A stretch of 29,434 bases of DNA from a virus (lineage: Duplodnaviria > Caudoviricetes): the IMG/VR virus record IMGVR_UViG_3300045135_002643, positions 1 through 29,434 of that record; one strand, written 5' to 3'. The notes below the pieces were generated by a model. It worked only from the letters and a program-made list of their open reading frames with translations. It was not told the origin of the DNA and searched no databases. Made by a program: the position numbers and the translations under genes. Each line of letters opens with the position of its first letter. The stretch's first letter is position 1. Shown here piece after piece: positions 7,835 to 16,769 of this stretch.

Positions 7835-8393
7835 TATCTTTCCTTTCACAAACTAAAACTGTAGATCCTTTACTTCCTCTAAATCTATTAGTAATATTTA
7901 GACCACTTTTTTCAACCAGTTCTATAACTTCTGATTCTCTTGCATCCAAGCAATCTGCTGGCTCACATACACTATCACCTTCATTATATTCCATATAGAT
8001 TTTACCTGTTGGGCTAAGTTGGTCCTTCCAAGTAAGTATTGTCTTTTGTGGATCGTTTGTATGGTCAAACGAGTTAGAATAAACAATATCTGCCTTACCA
8101 ACCCATTCTTCTTTTTGAATAGAAAAATCATGTTGAACTGTCATTTCAAATTGCCATGCATTGTCACTAATTTCTGTTCCAATAATATAAGCATTTGGAA
8201 AATGTTTTTGAAAGAATTTTTGTTCAGCGCCATTTCTTGTACCATGACATATAATAAACTTTGCTTCTTTTTTATCTTCACTAATTGTTTCTATAATAGA
8301 TGGATGTGCGTATACCCAACTTACTTTTGCTTTATTACATACGGTTTGTGCTTCTACATATTCTTCGTATGTATTATGTTGGTATACTTTCAT
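7827..8393 (-). CDS. putative SAM-dependent methyltransferase
   Basis: ICHGTRNGAE, GTEIS, DIVYSNSFDH and LSPTG fit a class I methyltransferase layout. Confidence 0.65.
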   Translation of the reverse strand: MKVYQHNTYEEYVEAQTVCNKAKVSWVYAHPSIIETISEDKKEAKFIICHGTRNGAEQKFFQKHFPNAYIIGTEISDNAWQFEMTVQHDFSIQKEEWVGKADIVYSNSFDHTNDPQKTILTWKDQLSPTGKIYMEYNEGDSVCEPADCLDARESEVIELVEKSGLNITNRFRGSKGSTVLVCERKDND

Positions 8394-9205
8394 TCGTAGA
8401 TCCCCCAAGTTGATTCTTCTTGATTAGTAATTCTCCATAGCTTATCATAGTCATAATGATCTGCAGCTCTTAATTGTACGTGTACAAATTTAGTTTCATT
8501 CGTTCGTGTATCAACTACTGGCCTTCTTGGTCCAGATGTTTCGGGTTCATAGTGAATAAAACTATTCCATCCTGGGTCTAATTCTACCCAATCTAAATTT
8601 GCTACTTCAAGCATAGCATGGATATATCCTTGGTCTGATGCGTAGAAATCACTAATACCATATCTAAATACTTGTCTTTTAAAATTTTCAAATTTAATAA
8701 AATTCTTTTTACAATGTTGCCTTCCCTCTTTTGTATAAAGTACCACACCTGAATTATATACTTTGAGAAGACCGTCTTCTCTTCTTGGTAGATCCTTTTT
8801 ATATGTTTCTTTAATCATCTTAGCAAATTTTTCATCTGCAGCATGATTAATTTGTCCACCAATTCTTTTTCGAATATCGGGTTGTAAACCTTCTGTACAA
8901 ATACCTAAATGACCAACTGGCACTTCAAAGATATTTTCTTCTAATTTATCAACAGGAAATATATCGCTATCTAGAAAAAGCACACTGTCATATTGTTCAA
9001 AGAACGGATCATATACAATTTTAAACTGGCCATAGTGTGGTGTGTATCTTCCAAGATCTCTACCTTTCTTAACAATCCAACGAGGATTTTCTTCAAAGAG
9101 GTGTTCAGCTCCAATCCGATTAGCATACTCCTTCATCATACTAACAGAAGCTTTTGTACCAGGTAAAACTGGTCCATCATAATATTGGTAAATTAAATTC
9201 TTCAT
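8390..9205 (-). CDS. GT-A glycosyltransferase (DxD; GT8/GT34-like)
   Basis: YDSVLFLDSD, YNSGVV, DQ, WN and FVH motifs. Confidence 0.8.
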   Translation of the reverse strand: MKNLIYQYYDGPVLPGTKASVSMMKEYANRIGAEHLFEENPRWIVKKGRDLGRYTPHYGQFKIVYDPFFEQYDSVLFLDSDIFPVDKLEENIFEVPVGHLGICTEGLQPDIRKRIGGQINHAADEKFAKMIKETYKKDLPRREDGLLKVYNSGVVLYTKEGRQHCKKNFIKFENFKRQVFRYGISDFYASDQGYIHAMLEVANLDWVELDPGWNSFIHYEPETSGPRRPVVDTRTNETKFVHVQLRAADHYDYDKLWRITNQEESTWGIYE

Positions 9206-10098
9206 TGCATTGTATCCCAAGTCTCTTGGATTGCTTCTTCAAACGATTTATATTTAAAATCAAATTGTACTTTGAATCTTGTGCCGTCAATTTCTTGAAG
9301 TGGTATTTCTTGGAAAGTATCTGGCTTTGGTACAATCTGATGCGGTATATCTAATTTGAGTTGTGTCGTAATACGATCTGCTAAATCTTTAATTGTAATT
9401 GGATCATCATCACTTAAGTTGTATATACTATCCATGCATTCAGAAACTGTTAAAAGGTAGATCGCCCGTGCTGTATCTTTTACATAAATGAAATCTCTTC
9501 TCATATTTAAGGCGGTATTATAGATAAGAATACCTTGACCAGATTTTAAATTTGCAAGTGCACGTGGTATAATACGTGTTGAAGATAAATCACCAGGCCC
9601 AAAGATATTAGCCGGCCGGACACTAATAATATTCATACCATAACACTGACGGTAGAAGTCAGAAAACATAGTAGAAAGATATTTAGAAAATTCGTATGGG
9701 GTTTTCGGTTTAGGTTCTAATCCTTCGTGTGTAGGAATAATCTCTTGGTAACCATACACCTTATCAGTTTCGATCGATACAACTTTCTTTACCCCATATT
9801 GTTTTGCTGCTTCTAATATAGCAGAAGTACCAAGTCCATTAATTTTGTATGCTTCGTATGGGTTCTTTTCACAGTCAGAAACAATTGGTTTACCTGCAGC
9901 ATGTACAATATAATCAATATTCTTTTCACAGATTAAACCACGAATTGCTTCGAAGTTATTAATATCGATAGGATATTCTTTTAGGTTTCTGTTGTTTGGT
10001 GCTCTTGAAATACCACATACATTATGGCCATTTTGAATAAATTCTTCTGCAAGATGACTTCCTAAGAATCCTGAACTACCGGTAATAAGAACATTCAT
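9202..10098 (-). CDS. NAD-dependent NDP-sugar epimerase/dehydratase (CDP-glucose 4,6-dehydratase-like)
   Basis: TGSSGFLG, HAAG, TDKVY, YEFSK (YxxxK), RPANIFGPGD and RDFIYV motifs. Confidence 0.9.
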   Translation of the reverse strand: MNVLITGSSGFLGSHLAEEFIQNGHNVCGISRAPNNRNLKEYPIDINNFEAIRGLICEKNIDYIVHAAGKPIVSDCEKNPYEAYKINGLGTSAILEAAKQYGVKKVVSIETDKVYGYQEIIPTHEGLEPKPKTPYEFSKYLSTMFSDFYRQCYGMNIISVRPANIFGPGDLSSTRIIPRALANLKSGQGILIYNTALNMRRDFIYVKDTARAIYLLTVSECMDSIYNLSDDDPITIKDLADRITTQLKLDIPHQIVPKPDTFQEIPLQEIDGTRFKVQFDFKYKSFEEAIQETWDTMQ

Positions 10099-10769
10099 TA
10101 TAAAATACCTTTACTAACTAACTCTCTATAATTTTCTATTTTTTCTCTTTTGGGACCTGACGGTGTAATCTTAGTACGAATATGAATAAATCCTGCATCT
10201 TGTGGATTTGGTAAGAAACTACACTGACACCAGCGTTTATCTAGGTACGGATGTTTAGTATTAAATCCAGCTTTAAATGCCAAACTGTGTATAATACCTT
10301 CATCTTCAAAGTGGTACAATTGATTATAATGAAGCATCCATCCTTCGTTACCACCAAGTTCTTTTCTTAATTTCTTTCTTGTCGCTTTGTCCATTTTATA
10401 AATTGCGCCACCCCAATAAGGGGTATTCATATTAGCAATCATCGGATACGTACGAGCAATTTTGTTATGCAGTCTTTTCTGTGTATCTTCGTATAGACCA
10501 ATACCTTGTTCTTCAAATACGTTATCATTCATTCCTTTTGGTGCAAACATATCTATATCTAACATTAACACCTGATCGTATTCGTCCCATTCTTCATCAA
10601 GTAATACTACTTTTTGGCAAGGAGATGTTAGATGTTTACGAAACGGTCTTCCTTTGACTAATTGATAATCTGCACCAACCATTTCTGCATAGTTTTTAAT
10701 ATTCTCCATCGACAGTTTGTCTAACTCACGAAGTTCACCGTCAAAATGTTGTAAAATTATATTTTTCAT
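10098..10769 (-). CDS. GT-A glycosyltransferase-like (DxD)
   Basis: YDQVLMLDID, DE and FIH motifs; N-terminus resembles the 8390 and 14003 proteins. Confidence 0.7.
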   Translation of the reverse strand: MKNIILQHFDGELRELDKLSMENIKNYAEMVGADYQLVKGRPFRKHLTSPCQKVVLLDEEWDEYDQVLMLDIDMFAPKGMNDNVFEEQGIGLYEDTQKRLHNKIARTYPMIANMNTPYWGGAIYKMDKATRKKLRKELGGNEGWMLHYNQLYHFEDEGIIHSLAFKAGFNTKHPYLDKRWCQCSFLPNPQDAGFIHIRTKITPSGPKREKIENYRELVSKGIL

Positions 10770-10770
10770 A

Positions 10771-11499
10771 TCAAGCTTTCAATAAAAATTCTGGACTAAT
10801 ATTCTTGTCATGATTAACCCATCCGTGCCAATTTCTATGGTTATCCCCATATGGCATACTTATAACTTGATGCCAACCATATTCTGCAGCTCTTAATTTG
10901 CCTTCTTCATGTAACTTATCTACCTCTTCTTTTTTTACAAAGCCAGCTGGATGTATAATTAATTGATCAAGAATCCACTTCCTCATTTTAGGATTTTTTA
11001 CATAATCAGATTCGTATAGCTTTTCAAATTGTGATTTATTTGTAACTGCAAAGCAGTTTGCTCTTTCGTTTACACATGTATCATTTACAAAAGGGGTAAA
11101 GTTTGCTTCCAGCTCTTTCCAAATAAATCCATCGAATCGCGCGCGAACAATAACATCATAGTTTTCTTTCAATTCATTTAGTAACCAAGAATGTATAATA
11201 ATTTGTTTAGTATGATGAAGTGACCATTCTATCCTATTCGTACGTTTAATCCATGCCTTTGTTTCCTCCCAATGAGGAGAGGTAAAGTTTTTGATATCCA
11301 TATAAGGATGGTAATGCATTTCCGGCGGACTATAGTAGTAGCAATGTTCTCCAGCAAAGTTCTTTTCGAAACTATCTTTTTGATCATTCCATGTTGCATA
11401 GTAAAAATCTGCAGTTGGAAATTTTTGTTTTAGTACTCTATTATTTCTTTGTAGATAGTCGCTTTTAACTAATCCAGATACACAGACTGCTACTTTCAT
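10771..11499 (-). CDS. hypothetical glycan-cluster protein (possible glycosyltransferase)
   Basis: KVAVCVSG, ATW and YDVIVRARFD pattern, which I associate with viral glycan clusters. Confidence 0.6.
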   Translation of the reverse strand: MKVAVCVSGLVKSDYLQRNNRVLKQKFPTADFYYATWNDQKDSFEKNFAGEHCYYYSPPEMHYHPYMDIKNFTSPHWEETKAWIKRTNRIEWSLHHTKQIIIHSWLLNELKENYDVIVRARFDGFIWKELEANFTPFVNDTCVNERANCFAVTNKSQFEKLYESDYVKNPKMRKWILDQLIIHPAGFVKKEEVDKLHEEGKLRAAEYGWHQVISMPYGDNHRNWHGWVNHDKNISPEFLLKA

Positions 11500-12233
11500 T
11501 TTTTTGTTCCTTGAACGAAAATCCATTCCTTATGACTACACCCAGGCCCAGTAGGTCGATGGTCAATTAAAATATTTTTAAAACCTATTTTTTCTAGATC
11601 TTTAACAATCTGATCGTCTTCCATTACACTTACATCGTGTAGTCCATTTGTTGTTCTTGCATGTGTATCATTATCGTAATAACCTGCCGTAAGCAGTATG
11701 TTACTCCTAGAGTAAACTCTATAATTGTGAGCTTCTATATCTCTTCCGCCAAATCCCATTTGAAAACAGATATGTCCGCCAGTCTTTAGTACTCTATACG
11801 CATCTTGCAAAATAGAATATCTAATATCATAGCACGCAATATGTTGTAAACAAATAACACTGAACCAAACATCATATGATTCATCGTCGATCGGTGTACT
11901 TTTCCCATCGCATACGTAAAGGTTACTATTATGAATACCAGCGTTTTTTAAATTAATTTTTGCGTTTTCAATATTCTTTTTACCAATATCTACGCCATCG
12001 ATTCTTTTGAATCGATCATTAAACTTAATAATATTTCTGCCTGGACCAGTTCCATAATCCAGAGCTACAAGATCCTCCGTATCAAATTCTTTAAAAAGAT
12101 ATTCATCATAATCTTCCCAGTTGTTATGTTTATCATACCCACCAACAACTGGATTTCTATTTTCTAAGGACCATTTCTTAGCAGCCTGCTCATAATGGTT
12201 AAACTGCATTTTAATATATTGATCTAAACTCAT
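11496..12233 (-). CDS. class I SAM-dependent methyltransferase
   Basis: LDYGTGPGR, GVDI, YDVWFSVICLQHI and RVLKTGG motifs. Confidence 0.9.
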   Translation of the reverse strand: MSLDQYIKMQFNHYEQAAKKWSLENRNPVVGGYDKHNNWEDYDEYLFKEFDTEDLVALDYGTGPGRNIIKFNDRFKRIDGVDIGKKNIENAKINLKNAGIHNSNLYVCDGKSTPIDDESYDVWFSVICLQHIACYDIRYSILQDAYRVLKTGGHICFQMGFGGRDIEAHNYRVYSRSNILLTAGYYDNDTHARTTNGLHDVSVMEDDQIVKDLEKIGFKNILIDHRPTGPGCSHKEWIFVQGTKK

Positions 12234-13585
12234 AGTGGCCTTTCCTTGTTTTTAATAAAGTATTCCAAATCTTCTGGTGTTCCAAGGCCCCACATTTCTT
12301 TGGCTTCGTGGATCCGTACAATCTTACCATCTTCAATTGCCTGATTGTAGACTGGACAAACATAAAATTCATTGTTTACCCTAATATTCTTTTCAATCAT
12401 TTTGTCTGCATACTTAACAAAGTCTGATCCATGTTTCCAGTAGTAATAACCAACAGTTGCGTGTGTAGAAATAGGATTCTTTTCTGCAACTTCTGTTACA
12501 ATACCACTTTCATTTACTTTTGCAAAAGACCATTTTGGATGTGTTGCTTCGAATGTTACAATGCCACCGTCGGCATCTGTTTCTTGCATTCGATACATAA
12601 ATTCAATTGGATTCCAATCTACCCACTGATCGCTATTTGCAAAGAAAAGCGGATCTTCATTATCAATAAACTCTTTTGCAAGTAATGCAGTGCATGCTGC
12701 ACCTTCGGTCATTCCATCAACTTCAATTACTTTACATTTTGGTGCAATTAAACCTAGCATTGTATCAAGGTTATATTTTTCCCTATGCTCTTTCTGTACT
12801 ACAAAATGGTAATTTGCATCAAGACCAATATTCTCTACAACAACTTGAATCATCGGTTTGTCGTGTACTTGGATTAAAGGTTTAGGAAATGTATATCCTG
12901 CAGCTTGGAATCTTGATCCTGCACCAGCCATTGGTATAAGAACATTTAAGTTTTCTGATTTCCATACGTTATTCAATTTAGCACCTTTCAGATTTGATAA
13001 TATTTTTTGTCGGGTAACATCATATGGGTTATTTACTCTTACATAATTAGCACGGGATCTTTCAGCAGCAAGAAGTCCTGGTGGCGAATCTTCTACAATT
13101 AAAGTTTCTTCTGGTAATCTACCCATTATCGACATTGCCTTCCAGTACATTTCTGGATGGGGTTTGGAATTTTTTACATCTTCATTAGATAATATCACTG
13201 AACAATATTCCATTAAGTTGGTTTTAGCAAGAGCAGTTAAAACCGTTCGACGTATAGAATTAGAACATACGCCAATTTCATATCCTTGACTTTCAAGTTC
13301 TTGAAAAAGTAATACTATCTCATCGATTTGTTGAAGCTGAGATATAAGGCTAATCGTAATTTCTTGCTTTTTACGATAAACTTCGGCATGCTTTGAAACT
13401 GGTAAATTTTTATTTTTGGAAAGTAATTCTAGTTTTTCAAATGTCTTTCTACCATCATAGAGATCATGGTGTTCTTGCTCGGTAATAAAGTACTTGTCAC
13501 CAAGTGCTGTATTTAAAGCATCGTAGTGTAATTTTTTGGCATCAATTAAAACGCCATCTAAATCAAAGAGAACCAGCTTTATCAT
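12230..13585 (-). CDS. HAD phosphatase fused to a sugar/polyol-phosphate nucleotidyltransferase
   Basis: N-terminal FDLDGVL, SNS, KPHPE and VEDS; C-terminal IPMAGAGSRF, PKPLI, NSD, EK, EFY and GTPEDL. Confidence 0.9.
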   Translation of the reverse strand: MIKLVLFDLDGVLIDAKKLHYDALNTALGDKYFITEQEHHDLYDGRKTFEKLELLSKNKNLPVSKHAEVYRKKQEITISLISQLQQIDEIVLLFQELESQGYEIGVCSNSIRRTVLTALAKTNLMEYCSVILSNEDVKNSKPHPEMYWKAMSIMGRLPEETLIVEDSPPGLLAAERSRANYVRVNNPYDVTRQKILSNLKGAKLNNVWKSENLNVLIPMAGAGSRFQAAGYTFPKPLIQVHDKPMIQVVVENIGLDANYHFVVQKEHREKYNLDTMLGLIAPKCKVIEVDGMTEGAACTALLAKEFIDNEDPLFFANSDQWVDWNPIEFMYRMQETDADGGIVTFEATHPKWSFAKVNESGIVTEVAEKNPISTHATVGYYYWKHGSDFVKYADKMIEKNIRVNNEFYVCPVYNQAIEDGKIVRIHEAKEMWGLGTPEDLEYFIKNKERPL

Positions 13586-14006
13586 AATTTAAAATATAGT
13601 CTGAACATATCCCACTAAATAAGTTAGTATCTGTATTATCTATCTCTGGTAAAACCGCAATGGATTGACATCCAGCTATTGACGGGCTTCCTGGATAAGC
13701 CCATATCCATCCGTGTGATGTGAGTGTATATAAATCAGTATCATGCCAGAAATAATTTAGTTTAGTACTCTGTAGGTATGCTAAAGCTTTTAGGTTTTTA
13801 CAATGAATCCAAAATTTCGAATTAAATAAATAATCAAATTCAACTTTATGTGTTGGCCCATCGTGTCCTAAGTACCAACCATTATCAAACCAGACATCTA
13901 TCTCAACGTCGTACCCATGTTCCATAGCTCTCTTAATATAGTATGGATGATTTTCGTTTGATGGCTCTTTACCTTCTATATTACCCCTATGCGATATTAA
14001 CTTCAT
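13563..14006 (-). CDS. GDPD/PLC-like phosphodiesterase-fold protein
   Basis: ISHRGN, EN, VEIDVW, LGHD, HCKN and GICSD motifs. Confidence 0.75.
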   Translation of the reverse strand: MKLISHRGNIEGKEPSNENHPYYIKRAMEHGYDVEIDVWFDNGWYLGHDGPTHKVEFDYLFNSKFWIHCKNLKALAYLQSTKLNYFWHDTDLYTLTSHGWIWAYPGSPSIAGCQSIAVLPEIDNTDTNLFSGICSDYILNYDKAGSL

Positions 14007-14788
14007 TTAACCATCCTTAACAATTCTTCTACATTCTCACCTTTGTTTGGTAACTTATCTTTTAAAAAGAAATGTACAAAGTTTGCTTCTTTAATCTTTT
14101 CATTATCTATTGCGGTGTAAAGAGCATTCCATTTCCAATCTAATTTTTGTATATTCATTCTTTCGTTGCGAATCCAATAATTCAAAAGTGTTTGGTCTGT
14201 CGACCATTTCCATGGTCCCATACCATCAACAAACATTTTAAATTCTTGCCTACTAATAAATTCCTTTGGGGTTTGGCCATTTAAATATTTAGCAAAGTTT
14301 TTATTCATCATCATCATTCCCATATTCATAAATGGAAAGCCTGTCTGGGGATTGTGTACCCAATCAATTCTTAGGCTTGAATATTGCATGCGGGAATAAT
14401 TAAGTATCTTTTGTTGATACCACGGGAGAAGAGGAAGATCCGCTTCAACTACGCCACCAAAGTCTACCTCTGGATCTAAATCGTCAAATATGTTTGGTGC
14501 ACCAGGACGAATCCAGATATCAGCATCAATAATACCAATCTGGTCATATTCGTTAAAGTAATCGAATGCGTTTTCTTTTTCGTAGATGGGAAGAAACCCG
14601 CCGTATTTTTCGTAGGATTCTTTACTACGATTGGTAACAAATACGTCGGGTTTAATTTTTAGTTTTGGTGTTCTTTGAATTATATGATCAATACCATGCT
14701 CAGTACAATAGTCGTCTACTGAATCTGTACACGTATCATATAGTTTAGAACGTTTACCGGTGTAAACTTGATAGATCAATCTTTTCAT
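14003..14788 (-). CDS. GT-A glycosyltransferase (DxD)
   Basis: YDQIGIIDAD, NMG, DQTLLN, WN and FVHF motifs. Confidence 0.8.
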   Translation of the reverse strand: MKRLIYQVYTGKRSKLYDTCTDSVDDYCTEHGIDHIIQRTPKLKIKPDVFVTNRSKESYEKYGGFLPIYEKENAFDYFNEYDQIGIIDADIWIRPGAPNIFDDLDPEVDFGGVVEADLPLLPWYQQKILNYSRMQYSSLRIDWVHNPQTGFPFMNMGMMMMNKNFAKYLNGQTPKEFISRQEFKMFVDGMGPWKWSTDQTLLNYWIRNERMNIQKLDWKWNALYTAIDNEKIKEANFVHFFLKDKLPNKGENVEELLRMVK

Positions 14789-14810
14789 AACAAACCCTTT
14801 TGATTATATA

Positions 14811-15146
14811 TTACTTCTTTTTCGCAAGTGCATCAGCACCAAAGAAAGCTGAAACCAAAACAGCAATTGATGCAAAGTAAGTTGGTGCAATATCTGCAAT
14901 TAAATTTGCAGCAGTTTCTAAACCGAGTAATGATGTACAAAAGATACCAAATGGGTAAAGTAAAAGTCCAAATAAAGCAAACCATGCCATCTTTCGAATA
15001 GCATCTCTTTGCGCATCTTGATCTTCTAAAGCTTTTCTTTTAAATTCCAAATGCATCTCCATCTCTTCTTTTGAGATGTGTCCATCACCATTAGTATCTA
15101 TTCCATCAACTGCTGCTGCGTCGATAGTCTTTGTTTCTTCTGCCAT
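14811..15146 (-). CDS. EF-hand-containing two-TM membrane protein (holin-like topology)
   Basis: Canonical EF loop DTNGDGHISKEE, two hydrophobic helices, KKK tail. Confidence 0.75.
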   Translation of the reverse strand: MAEETKTIDAAAVDGIDTNGDGHISKEEMEMHLEFKRKALEDQDAQRDAIRKMAWFALFGLLLYPFGIFCTSLLGLETAANLIADIAPTYFASIAVLVSAFFGADALAKKK

Positions 15147-15367
15147 TCTCCATGCTCCGTTACGATTGTTTCTGCAATTTGCAATGCATGACTAAAACCA
15201 TTCCGAAGCGAGTTCGATCTATGACCGTTCTCCACGAACCACTCAAGTGTATTTATATCACTTCCTTCGTGACCGTTCATATTAAAGTTTTTAGTAATTT
15301 CTTCGAAGTCAGCTCGAAGATTTAGGAATTGAAAGAACTCTGGCAATTGCTTCCTCCAGTTGGACAT
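15098..15367 (-). CDS. hypothetical protein
   Basis: Fills the gap between neighbours and overlaps both; start uncertain. Confidence 0.55.
   Translation of the reverse strand: MSNWRKQLPEFFQFLNLRADFEEITKNFNMNGHEGSDINTLEWFVENGHRSNSLRNGFSHALQIAETIVTEHGEWQKKQRLSTQQQLME
15250..15257 (-). promoter_or_regulatory. possible T4-type late promoter
   Basis: Exact TATAAATA about 100 nt upstream of the EF-hand gene, but it lies inside a CDS. Confidence 0.35.
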
Positions 15368-15854
15368 AAAGGTATTCTTCAAGATCATCTTGATTGGCCT
15401 GGAAGCGAATACCAATACCTCCAGCTGCGTTAAACCTTTCAATGTTTTCAGGTTTATCGTCAATCAAAATGTTAGGACGACGGTCAACAGGATCTTTCGT
15501 ATATTTGTGTTTATTCTGGGTAAAGATCATATCACCGAGATCATCGGGAACAAGCAAATTACTTTCTAACCAACGCCTTTTCCAGTATGCTGAATTGTAG
15601 TTATCACCACGTAGTGGAGAGGAACAAATACCCCAACGTAATTTATTTTGTTGTGCTACGTTCTGTATATGATCTACCAACCGTGTAGTATTTTCAAAAG
15701 TTTCTAACGTGTAAAAGAAATCTGTATCACGTAGGTCAACAAAGATCTTTTCTTTATCTTTAATGGATTTCCAGTGGTCAACATTGTAGAGTGCTTCAAT
15801 ACCTCCAAAGAAGTCTGCAATTACTCCATCCATATCTAAGTAGATAACACTCAT
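15309..15854 (-). CDS. 5'(3')-deoxyribonucleotidase (NT5C, HAD)
   Basis: YLDMDGVIADF, SSP, K..W and LIDDKPENI motifs. Confidence 0.88.
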   Translation of the reverse strand: MSVIYLDMDGVIADFFGGIEALYNVDHWKSIKDKEKIFVDLRDTDFFYTLETFENTTRLVDHIQNVAQQNKLRWGICSSPLRGDNYNSAYWKRRWLESNLLVPDDLGDMIFTQNKHKYTKDPVDRRPNILIDDKPENIERFNAAGGIGIRFQANQDDLEEYLYVQLEEAIARVLSIPKSSS

Positions 15855-16195
15855 ATTGTAACTCCTTGCTCTCTTGCAGCGTCTTGCATGATGTTGGTAA
15901 AGATAGGTTCGAACTCTGCTTCGATCTGTTCCCAGCGAACCCTGGATATATATCCACGGGGTGAAACAGGAGCATAACCAAAGAACTTTCTAAATTCTTG
16001 TCTACGATTACCAAGACCGTTATTGAAAAGATCGTACAAAAGATTTTGTGCACGTCTAAAACGATCTAGGTGTTTATTCTTCGACTGGGAGAATTCACAC
16101 CGACCGTGGAGTGGAACAAGATCATTTAGCTTTTCCCTAAGCTCTTCGAATCCGGGATTAACTGCCCAGTTACTTTGGAATAGTTCGTACTGCAT
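15851..16195 (-). CDS. conserved hypothetical phage protein
   Basis: GGAGG RBS; YDLFNNGLGN motif. Confidence 0.75.
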   Translation of the reverse strand: MQYELFQSNWAVNPGFEELREKLNDLVPLHGRCEFSQSKNKHLDRFRRAQNLLYDLFNNGLGNRRQEFRKFFGYAPVSPRGYISRVRWEQIEAEFEPIFTNIMQDAAREQGVTI

Positions 16196-16500
16196 TATGC
16201 TACCTCCAGCTTATCAAAACCTGAACGAGCGACAATGTAACGTTCGCCGTTTTCTTTTTCGAGGATATCACCAACTGAAATGCTGTGCATTGAAGCCTTC
16301 CGATTGATGTCGCCTTCAGGACCGATGTTTCCAATCCTATAGGCTGCGCTAAGATCGTCGGTAGCAATGTTAGCTACGTGATCGTATTTGGAAAAGTTGT
16401 TGTCTACAAGCGGGTCCCAACCAATATCACCCATACCGTAGGTGAATGTAGTCTTGGGAAAGATTGCCTCTTGATCCTGGACCTGGTAAACTTTGATCAT
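16195..16500 (-). CDS. YodL-like domain protein
   Basis: IKVYQ...HSISVGDI...YIV..SGF; first gene after a promoter. Confidence 0.65.
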   Translation of the reverse strand: MIKVYQVQDQEAIFPKTTFTYGMGDIGWDPLVDNNFSKYDHVANIATDDLSAAYRIGNIGPEGDINRKASMHSISVGDILEKENGERYIVARSGFDKLEVA

Positions 16501-16505
16501 TGATT

Positions 16506-16568
16506 TTCTCCTCTTTTTAATTATACTACTATTGTATCATAGCTTCCCAGCTTTGTAAACCCCCTATT
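16506..16568 (-). promoter_or_regulatory. early promoter module copy 4
   Basis: AATAGGGGG-TTTACA (16554-16559), 17 bp, TACAAT (16531-16536); AAAGAGGAGA RBS. Confidence 0.85.
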
Positions 16569-16574
16569 TTTATT

Positions 16575-16769
16575 TTATTCGAATTTTTTTTCGTACGCTT
16601 CCTCAAATCCATCTGCTCGTAGATAAGCTTCTTCATTCCACCATAGTCTTTTTAAGTATCCAGGATATGCGCTTTCAATAGTTTTTGGATCTGGGAGATA
16701 GCCTTTAACCATCCAGAATACGCGAGCTTTATCTCTAAACTTAGTGTCCGAAGAGCTGTCTTCTGTCAT
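16575..16769 (-). CDS. conserved hypothetical protein
   Basis: FWMVKGYLP...YLKRLWWNEEAY; overlaps the exonuclease end. Confidence 0.65.
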   Translation of the reverse strand: MTEDSSSDTKFRDKARVFWMVKGYLPDPKTIESAYPGYLKRLWWNEEAYLRADGFEEAYEKKFE

